Below, piece after piece: positions 56,044 to 64,000 of a stretch of DNA of 64,000 nucleotides. Made by a program: the position numbers and the translations under genes. The notes beneath the pieces were generated by a model. That model saw nothing but the letters and a program-made list of their open reading frames with translations. It searched no databases and had not been told where the DNA came from. Position 1 is the first letter of the stretch. Every line of letters begins with the position of its first letter. Origin of the DNA: an uncultured Gammaproteobacteria bacterium (lineage in GTDB: Bacteria; Pseudomonadota; Gammaproteobacteria; DRLM01); the NCBI GenBank assembly GCA_963729605.1, contig CAVSNY010000007.1:1-64000 (forward strand). The letters are read 5' to 3'.

Positions 56044-56372
56044 ATGAATACGCCACTCAGATGCGAATACCGTTGCAACCACCCCGCCCCTGCGGGGCAC
56101 CCCTCCTTGAGACAAGGAGGGGAGAGGCTGTTCCGACTTTACGGTGTCCCATACTTGCTTATCCTGACACGACCACAGCGATTTCGTAAGCACCACGCCT
56201 TGCGCGACTGCGTCAGTACTCCCCTCCTCAACCGAGGAGGGGTGGCGCGTTTAGCGCCGGGGTGGTGGATTTTAAAAGCGCGGTGGATGAATACGCCGCT
56301 CGGATGCGAACACCGCTGCGTTCAACCACCCCGCCCCTACGGGGCACCCCTCCTTGAGACAAGGAGGGGAGA
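56044..56372. repeat. BIME-like cluster of CCCCTCC/GGAGGGG repeats
   Basis: ~80-bp direct repeats at 56044-56125 and 56287-56372, with an inverted copy at about 56220-56266. Confidence 0.85.
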
Positions 56373-56473
56373 TAGGTGCTTCTGTATTCATGAGGGATTA
56401 CACGTGGTACGTGGCCTTCACCGCCCAAGCCGCAAGGTCGCGAGCGGCCTTCGCTAACGCGGCGAAACCGCGC

Positions 56474-57847
56474 TTATTCCACCTTCTTTTTCTTCACCGG
56501 CCGCTTCCAGCCTTTGCGGGTCTGCTGCGGCGCGCGGCTCAAAGTGAGTTCGCCGGGCGGCGCGTCTTTGCTGATGGTGGAACCGGCGCCGATGGTGGCG
56601 CCGGCACCCACCGTCACCGGCGCGATCAATTGCGTGTCGGAACCGACGAACACGTCGTCTTCAATGACGGTTTGATGTTTATTCGCGCCGTCGTAATTGC
56701 AAGTGATGGTGCCGGCGCCGACATTGACGCGTTTACCGATGGTCGCGTCACCGACGTAGCTAAGATGATTTACTTTCGAACCCTGGCCGATCTCCGCCTT
56801 TTTGATCTCGACGAAATTGCCAACGTGCACGTCGTCGGCGAGCACCGTACCGGGGCGGATGCGCGCAAACGGCCCGATACGCGAGCCCGCGCCGATGCCG
56901 GCTTCCTCGATGACGCAATTGGCTTGCACGACCACGCCGTCGGCGATGCTGACGTCGCGCAGATAACAGTTGGGGCCGATGCTGACGTCGTCGCCGATAA
57001 TCACCTTGCCTTCGCATACCACGTTGACGTCGATCACCACGTCGCGACCCACGCTGAGCTCGCCGCGCACGTCGAAACGCGCGGGGTCGCGCAAGGTCAC
57101 GCCTTGCGTCATCAAGGTTTCGGCTTGTTGCAGTTGATGGATGCGTTCCAGCTCGGCGAGCTGCGATTTATTGTTGATACCCATGATCTCGGCGATCGCG
57201 GCGGGATGAACCGTCTTCACCGCCACGCCGTCGCGCACCGCCATGGCGATGACGTCGGTGAGATAAAACTCGCCCTGGGAATTTTTATTGTCCAAACTTG
57301 CCACCCACTGCCGCAGCCGCGCGGCGCTCACCGCCAGCATGCCGGTATTGATCTCGTTGATGCGGCGCTGCGCGTCGCTGGCGTCCTTGTGCTCGACGAT
57401 GGCGATCACGTCGCCCTGCGCGTCGCGGATGATGCGGCCGTAGCCGGTGGGATCGTCGAGGTGCGCGGTCAATAAACCCAGGGCGCCGCCTTCGGCCGCG
57501 GCCAATAAACGTCGCAAGGTGTCGGAGCGGGTCAGCGGCACATCGCCGTACAACACCAACACTGTTTGCTCGGCCCCGATGTCGGGCAGCGCCTGCGCCA
57601 CCGCGTGGCCGGTGCCCAGTTGCTGTTGCTGCTGCACCCACTGCACCGGCAGCTCGCTCAGCGCGGCGCGCACCTGTTCACCGCCATGACCGTACACCAC
57701 GTGCATCGCGTCCGGCGTCAAACTCTGCGCGGTGCGGATGACATGGGCCAACATCGGCCGGCCGCCGATGGCGTGCAGCACCTTCGGCAACTTGGAACGC
57801 ATGCGGGTGCCTTGACCGGCGGCGAGAATGACAACACTGAGTTTCAT
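56474..57847 (-). CDS. glmU: Bifunctional GlcNAc-1-P uridyltransferase/acetyltransferase
   Basis: [14 protein letters not shown], hexapeptide repeats, NYDGANK. Confidence 0.98.
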   Translation of the reverse strand: MKLSVVILAAGQGTRMRSKLPKVLHAIGGRPMLAHVIRTAQSLTPDAMHVVYGHGGEQVRAALSELPVQWVQQQQQLGTGHAVAQALPDIGAEQTVLVLYGDVPLTRSDTLRRLLAAAEGGALGLLTAHLDDPTGYGRIIRDAQGDVIAIVEHKDASDAQRRINEINTGMLAVSAARLRQWVASLDNKNSQGEFYLTDVIAMAVRDGVAVKTVHPAAIAEIMGINNKSQLAELERIHQLQQAETLMTQGVTLRDPARFDVRGELSVGRDVVIDVNVVCEGKVIIGDDVSIGPNCYLRDVSIADGVVVQANCVIEEAGIGAGSRIGPFARIRPGTVLADDVHVGNFVEIKKAEIGQGSKVNHLSYVGDATIGKRVNVGAGTITCNYDGANKHQTVIEDDVFVGSDTQLIAPVTVGAGATIGAGSTISKDAPPGELTLSRAPQQTRKGWKRPVKKKKVE

Positions 57848-57971
57848 AGAGTTACTGTCCGTGCATGGTTATTTAAATTTAATCACCCATCAATTTTCGC
57901 GTTGAGCATGGTTGCCTATCCAGAAACACGACGAACCATCATCCACTTCAACGGCAAGAGCGCGATATTAA

Positions 57972-58003
57972 GTAGCCTGGGTTGAGCGGGAGCGAAACCC
58001 GGG
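57972..58003 (+). repeat. GTAG-type REP
   Basis: GTAGCCTGGGTTGAGCGGGAGCGAAACCCGGG. Confidence 0.7.
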
Positions 58004-58046
58004 AGTCCACCGTGTCACCTACAAACAACGTGTACGCAGATTATCG

Positions 58047-58106
58047 TAATAACAGCCAAATTCAAACACGCGGGGTGCGCGTGTGGACTGGCGCATCTTG
58101 TTCAAC
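58047..58106 (-). other. Degenerate attC-like site
   Basis: GTTGAAC-aagatgcgccag..hairpin..ttgaatttggct-GTTATTA after the DUF2442 fragment. Confidence 0.4.
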
Positions 58107-58205
58107 GCCCCGGACTGAATCCAAGTACAAAGTATCCGGGCAGATATCCTGCTCATGCGGCCACACGACTGTGCCGTCCCAATACCCGCGACTGCTTAAC
58201 CAATT
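58107..58205 (-). pseudogene. 3' fragment of a DUF2442 family (antitoxin-like) gene
   Basis: Minus frame GTVVWPHEQDICPDTLYLDS. Confidence 0.6.
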
Positions 58206-58222
58206 CGTCCTTATTCACGGTC

Positions 58223-58357
58223 GTAGGGCGGATGCGTGTAACGCGATCCGGCGAATGCTTGGCTTGAGGACAAACACATCATGTGAGCCATGCACTTACT
58301 TCACAATGCTTCATCGCGTAGCCATTCGGCGGAACGCCCGTTGGGCTTCCGCCCTAC
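58223..58357. repeat. REPIN (inverted GTAGGGCGGA REP pair)
   Basis: + GTAGGGCGGATGCGTGTAACGCGATCCGGC; - GTAGGGCGGAAGCCCAACGGGCGTTCCGCC. Confidence 0.8.
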
Positions 58358-58358
58358 G

Positions 58359-58406
58359 TGCTACGCCGCCTTTTGGCGCAGCGTCCCCTAGAACGAAAGG
58401 TTATGC
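58359..58406 (-). other. Truncated attC site (left half)
   Basis: GCATAAC-ctttcgttctag-gggacgctgcgccaaaaggcggcgtagc, then cut by a REP; the gene stop lies within R''. Confidence 0.65.
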
Positions 58407-58601
58407 ATCGCCGGGTGGACCGATCTCTTCGGCCAATTGCTGCAACCAGGACACAACGGTGGGGATGTCGTGAGGAAGCATCATGACGATGGCGGGGTCT
58501 TCGCCCATTGAGTGGTCTTGTTTAAGGCAGATAAACCCGCCTTCAGAGATGTAAGCCTCTATGGTGTCTCGGCCAGGAAGTTTCATTTTGTTTTCAGACA
58601 C
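58401..58601 (-). CDS. Cassette-borne hypothetical protein
   Basis: SD AGGAG plus GTG; TAA stop inside GCATAAC. Confidence 0.65.
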   Translation of the reverse strand: MSENKMKLPGRDTIEAYISEGGFICLKQDHSMGEDPAIVMMLPHDIPTVVSWLQQLAEEIGPPGDA

Positions 58602-58703
58602 GGAGAGCTCCTATGAATGTTATGACTGTGAAGACTGGCCTGGAGGTAAGTGGGCGAGTGGTATTCGAGACCGTTTTATCGCCACCTCACAAGCGAAGTC
58701 CAC

Positions 58704-58921
58704 GTAGGTTGGGCTGAACTTGTGAAGCCCAACACATTAACGCCTGCCGTAGTTTCTGTCTCATTGCACGTAGTACGTTTAAATAACGCACTAGAAAAAT
58801 CAGATCGCCGTTCGGCTAAGTCATCTAAGAAATAGATTCCTCCTGCTGCATCGGCTCTCTGGTAGCGCACCTTTCATTTTTCACCTGTGATGTTGGGCTT
58901 CACGAGTTCCGCCCAATCTAC
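58704..58921 (-). mobile_element. Internally deleted RAYT flanked by inverted REPs
   Basis: REPs GTAG(G/A)TTGGGC(T/G)GAACT(T/C)GTGAAGCCCAAC at 58704-58733 (+) and 58892-58921 (-); enclosed MRYQRADAAGGIYF..LAERRSD is a RAYT N-terminus. Confidence 0.75.
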
Positions 58922-59038
58922 GCGGGCTGCGCGATGCGCATTGCGTTCCCAAACGTGAAAGAAGATTCGTCCATAACATGACCTCCCCTCGCATGAAACG
59001 CTCTTGGCGGCGCTGGCCAACTGGTTAACTATCACCGC

Positions 59039-59119
59039 GTTGGGTGCAATGAACAAAGCGCATTGCACCGGATGTAATCATCATCTTCGGCGCAATGCCC
59101 GTTGGTTATTGCGCCCTAC
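59039..59119. repeat. REPIN (GTAGGG(C/T)GCAAT family)
   Basis: + GTTGGGTGCAATGAACAAAGCGCATTGCACC; - GTAGGGCGCAATAACCAACGGGCATTGCGCC. Confidence 0.78.
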
Positions 59120-59148
59120 GCGCTGGGCCTGCCGTGCCATCCCATGAT

Positions 59149-59235
59149 GCCTAGCATCTCGCGTAACTGGCAACCCAAAGCTGCATAGAGAAGCAGCGCA
59201 GCTTTAGGTTGCCGATGTTTACGCGATTGTTATGC
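59149..59235 (-). other. attC site
   Basis: R'' GCATAAC, cgcgtaaac/gttacgcg L boxes, long stem ggcaacctaaagctgc/gcagctttgggttgcc, R' GCTAGGC (GTT mutated). Confidence 0.8.
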
Positions 59236-59613
59236 AGAGCATTTTGGATCGATTACAAATGTTGTTTGATCAAATTGCTGCCAAGCTCCCGTACCCACAC
59301 CATCTACAACTAATATTGTTATGATTCCAAAATCTATAAATACACCGAGAAGTGTAGTGGCATCAAAAGATTTTGATACTGGTATTGTTACGGCTTCACA
59401 GCCTTCTTTTCTGGCGGTTATCGTGTAATCCATTTTCTTTTTAAATGTAGTTACCCCGTTTCCTTTGCCTATGTACTGCTCGTTAACATAGAGCTTTACA
59501 TCATCGCCATTGCTTCTTATTGCTACCTGTTGAGACGATCCATTGAACATGGTTGCACACCCAGAAAGGGCGATAGTAGTGGCAATCAATGTAGAAGCTA
59601 TCGTTGTTTTCAT
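59230..59613 (-). CDS. Cassette lipoprotein (PEGA-like)
   Basis: Lipobox LSGC; AT-rich; stop within the attC R''. Confidence 0.82.
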   Translation of the reverse strand: MKTTIASTLIATTIALSGCATMFNGSSQQVAIRSNGDDVKLYVNEQYIGKGNGVTTFKKKMDYTITARKEGCEAVTIPVSKSFDATTLLGVFIDFGIITILVVDGVGTGAWQQFDQTTFVIDPKCSA

Positions 59614-59654
59614 GTGTTACCTCGTTGGTTGTTGTTGGTTGTTGGTTGTTTTTT

Positions 59655-59734
59655 GCATATCATTTAGCTTGAGGGGCGCGGAAACAGGCGGCGAAGCCGG
59701 CTTTGGGTCGTCCATCTCGAAGCGTTTGTTAGAT
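59655..59734 (-). other. attC site
   Basis: R'' ATCTAAC, gcttcgag/ctcaagc L boxes, R' GATATGC (GTT mutated). Confidence 0.75.
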
Positions 59735-60118
59735 TTATTCAAGTTTGATTGCTTCTGCTGTGCAAGTAACACTTTCCCAGCAGTTATAAGTTGTTGTTGT
59801 GCCACGTGGGTGGTCGCATTGTAGGTTTGCTATTCCATCAGCCCCCATCTGCTGGGCCCAATAGCGAGCTTGAAAAATGGCATCGCTTTTCGTTGCAGCG
59901 TGATCCCATACTTTGTTTTTGCATGAGATACCTTCAACGATATTAATGACCTTGAACTTACGGTCGATGAGTTGGGTTTGGTTGTAAATCGCCACTTCAT
60001 TTACGGCTCGACGCTGTTCGGGTGGAATGTCTTCCATTTTTACCACTGGTACCATTGCCCCACAGCCTGCTAGTAATGCAACCACCAACCAAAGGGGGAT
60101 TTGATTTTTGATGTGCAT
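59735..60118 (-). CDS. Cassette lipoprotein (RcsF-like Cys pattern)
   Basis: Lipobox LAGC; VEGISC..GADGIANLQC..CWESVTCTAEAI; SD AGGAG. Confidence 0.8.
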   Translation of the reverse strand: MHIKNQIPLWLVVALLAGCGAMVPVVKMEDIPPEQRRAVNEVAIYNQTQLIDRKFKVINIVEGISCKNKVWDHAATKSDAIFQARYWAQQMGADGIANLQCDHPRGTTTTYNCWESVTCTAEAIKLE

Positions 60119-60285
60119 AGAATGGCTCCTGAAAATCTAATTTATATTCGACGCCTAATTGGGGCCTTTCTTTACGCCAATGTGGTGGATAATCCAAAAG
60201 CTGTCAATACAGTCAACGACGTCTCTACGCGTCTTTCAATATGTGCCCTGATTAAAAAGATTTACGTCATGCCGCCGCGCAAATA

Positions 60286-60312
60286 AAAAAGGCCGCATTA
60301 AGCGGCCTTTTT
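60286..60312. terminator. Bidirectional intrinsic terminator after atpC
   Basis: aaaaaggccgc-atta-agcggccttttt. Confidence 0.85.
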
Positions 60313-60334
60313 CATATCCAAAAGCTTTTCTACC

Positions 60335-60766
60335 TCACCGCCCCGTCTTCTTCCGCAGACTCTGGATCGCCTTGAGCTGGGCGATGGCTTCGGCCAGTTC
60401 GGCTTCGGCTTGGGCCAAGCTGATCTCGCCTTTTTGATCGGCGAGGGCTTGTTCGGCGCGTTGCTTGGCGGCGATGGCGGCGGCTTCGTCGATGTCCTTG
60501 GCGCGGGCCCCGGTGTCGGCGAGGATGGTGACGATGTGCGGTTGCACTTCGAGCATGCCGCCGGAGACGAAGAAGTATTCTTCGGTGCCTTCGGGGGTGC
60601 GGATGCGCACTTCACCGGGTTTGATCTTGGTGATCAACGGCGTGTGGCGGGGCATGATGCCCACTTCGCCCATTACCGCCGGCGCGAAGATCATGGTGGC
60701 GGGGCCGGAGAAAATCTCCGCTTCCGCGCTCACGATCTCGACTTGCATGGTTGTCGCCATAGTCAT
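60335..60766 (-). CDS. atpC: ATP synthase epsilon subunit
   Basis: IVSAE..GEVGIMPRHTPL, SGGMLEVQP. Confidence 0.97.
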   Translation of the reverse strand: MTMATTMQVEIVSAEAEIFSGPATMIFAPAVMGEVGIMPRHTPLITKIKPGEVRIRTPEGTEEYFFVSGGMLEVQPHIVTILADTGARAKDIDEAAAIAAKQRAEQALADQKGEISLAQAEAELAEAIAQLKAIQSLRKKTGR

Positions 60767-60884
60767 CTCTCTTTGCTGCCGGTCCGTCGCCCCCAGTGTA
60801 AGAAGAGGGCGAGGGTGGTTATTGCTGTCTTTGCGACCGGGCTGGCGGCTGGATATTCGCCGGGGCTTAATCCATCTCGGCCGG

Positions 60885-60925
60885 CCCCCTCTCCCCGTCC
60901 CTCTCCCGCGAGGGGAGAGGGGGAG
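60885..60925. repeat. CCCTCTCCC palindromic repeat between atpD and atpC
   Basis: ccccctctccccgtccctctcccgcgaggggagaggggg. Confidence 0.75.
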
Positions 60926-60945
60926 GTGGAGTACATAAATTTAAT

Positions 60946-62349
<1,404 letters not shown>

Positions 62350-62436
62350 TCAAAATCTGCTTTGCGCCCACCGCGTGTCGGCGAGCCGCACCAAACATTA
62401 CATGTAGCGTGCGACGTGCGCACGATCCAATCTTAT

Positions 62437-62474
62437 CCCCTCTCCCCTAGCCCTCTCCCGGAGGGCGAGGGGGA
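62437..62474. repeat. CCCTCTCCC palindromic repeat between atpG and atpD
   Basis: cccctctcccctagccctctcccggagggcgaggggg. Confidence 0.7.
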
Positions 62475-62491
62475 GGTGGCGAAAAAATCTT

Positions 62492-63352
62492 TTATACTGC
62501 CGCCGCGCCGCCGACGATCTCGGAAATCTCCTGGGTGATCGCCGCCTGCCGCGCCTTGTTGTAGACCAGCTGCAAGCCCGAGATGAAATCACCGGCGTTG
62601 TCGGACGCCGCTTTCATCGCGACCATCCGCGCCGCCTGTTCACTGGCGATGTTTTCCACCACGCCCTGATACACCAGCGACTCGATATACCGCATCAACA
62701 AATCGTCGAGCACATCCTTGGCCTCGGGTTCGTAGAGGTAGTCCCAATGATGTTGGAGCTCTACGTCGGCCGCGCCTTGAATGGGCAGCAACTGAATGGC
62801 TTGCGGCTTCTGCGCCATGGTGTTGACGAACTGGTTGTACACCACGTACAGACGATCGATGCGGCCTTCGTTGTAGGCGTCGAGCATGATCTTCACCGTG
62901 CCAATCAAATCGCTGATCTTCGGCGCGTCGCCCAGATGGGAGACGTGGCCGACGATGCTGCTGCGCAGGCGCTTGAAGAAGGCTTCGGCCTTGGCGCCGA
63001 TGGTGCAGACATCGACTTCCGCGCCTTTTTCCCGCCATTCACGCAAGGCCATCAACGAGGTCTTGAAGGCATTGGTGTTGAGGCCGCCGCACAAACCGCG
63101 GTCGGTGGAAATGATGATGATGCCGACCCGTTTGACCTCGCGCTCCTTCATGAACGGATGCCGGTATTCGGGATGGGCCTGGGCCAAGTGACCGACGATG
63201 TCGCGGATTTTATCCGCGTAAGGCCGGCTGGCGCGCATGCGCTCCTGCGCCTTGCGCATCTTGCTGGCCGCCACCATTTCCATGGCGCGCGTGATCTTCT
63301 GAGTATTTTTAATACTCTTGATCTGCGTACGTATCTCTTTACCGACCGCCAT
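62492..63352 (-). CDS. atpG: ATP synthase gamma subunit
   Basis: [31 protein letters not shown]. Confidence 0.99.
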   Translation of the reverse strand: MAVGKEIRTQIKSIKNTQKITRAMEMVAASKMRKAQERMRASRPYADKIRDIVGHLAQAHPEYRHPFMKEREVKRVGIIIISTDRGLCGGLNTNAFKTSLMALREWREKGAEVDVCTIGAKAEAFFKRLRSSIVGHVSHLGDAPKISDLIGTVKIMLDAYNEGRIDRLYVVYNQFVNTMAQKPQAIQLLPIQGAADVELQHHWDYLYEPEAKDVLDDLLMRYIESLVYQGVVENIASEQAARMVAMKAASDNAGDFISGLQLVYNKARQAAITQEISEIVGGAAAV

Positions 63353-63368
63353 TAGCTAAAGTCCTCGC

Positions 63369-64000
63369 TTACCACGCGTGCGTTTTTTTGAAGGTGGTGA
63401 TCGCGGCGCGCAGGGTGTTGGCGATGTCGTCGTTGTAATCGCCGGTCTGGTTGATCTTGTCCATCACCGCCTTTTGATCCGACTTCATGTAGCTGTGCAG
63501 CGCGCTTTCAAAACTGCCGATCTTCTTCAATTCGACGTCGTCGAGGAAGCCGTTGTTGGCGGCGAACAAAGACACCGCCTGCTCGGCCACCGACAACGGC
63601 GAGTATTGCTTCTGCTTCATCAATTCGGTGACGCGCTGGCCGCGTTCCAACTGCTTGCGCGTGCTCTCGTCGAGGTCGGAGGCGAACTGGGCGAAGGCCG
63701 CCAATTCACGATACTGCGCCAAGTCGAGACGCACGCCGCCGCCGAGTTTTTTGATGATCTTGGTCTGCGCCGCGCCACCGACCCGCGACACCGAAAGACC
63801 CGCGTTGATGGCGGGACGCACACCGGAGTTGAACAGATCGGTTTCGAGGTAGATCTGGCCGTCGGTGATCGAGATCACGTTGGTGGGCACGAAGGCCGAC
63901 ACGTCACCGGCTTGGGTTTCGATGATGGGCAGCGCGGTCAAGGAACCGGTCTTGCCTTTCACTTCGCCGTTGGTGAACTTCTCGACGTATTCGGCGTTGA
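63369..64000 (-). CDS. atpA: ATP synthase alpha subunit (3' part; runs off the window)
   Basis: [37 protein letters not shown]. Confidence 0.98.
   Translation of the reverse strand, partial: NAEYVEKFTNGEVKGKTGSLTALPIIETQAGDVSAFVPTNVISITDGQIYLETDLFNSGVRPAINAGLSVSRVGGAAQTKIIKKLGGGVRLDLAQYRELAAFAQFASDLDESTRKQLERGQRVTELMKQKQYSPLSVAEQAVSLFAANNGFLDDVELKKIGSFESALHSYMKSDQKAVMDKINQTGDYNDDIANTLRAAITTFKKTHAW

Overview
High-GC gammaproteobacterial chromosome segment. The core backbone is lipA-lipB-ybeD-dat-dacA-rlpA-mltB-rodA-mrdA-mreDCB, gatCA...gatB, rep, glmS, glmU and atpA(partial)-G-D-C. It is interrupted by accessory blocks. (1) 1-1.6 kb: a RAYT transposase with its REP, a group IIC intron 3' remnant and a frameshifted gene. 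(2) About 16.5 kb of stress-type cargo splitting gatA from gatB: sohB, CheX/response regulator, SulP-USP, an orphan DUF4157 protein, split BLUF+EAL, Ku-LigD and a TonB receptor. (3) A truncated globin plus reductase under an NsrR-like box. (4) A three-gene operon led by a ParA/Soj ATPase fused to an AMPK-beta-type glycogen-binding (CBM48) domain, which is the best candidate here for an undescribed system (glycogen-granule positioning). (5) A sucrose cluster (pfkB-sps-susy-mscS). (6) Between atpC and glmU, an integrase-less attC cassette array invaded by several GTAG-type REP/REPIN families, including an internally deleted RAYT. All calls come from reading motifs by eye; no database searches were run.
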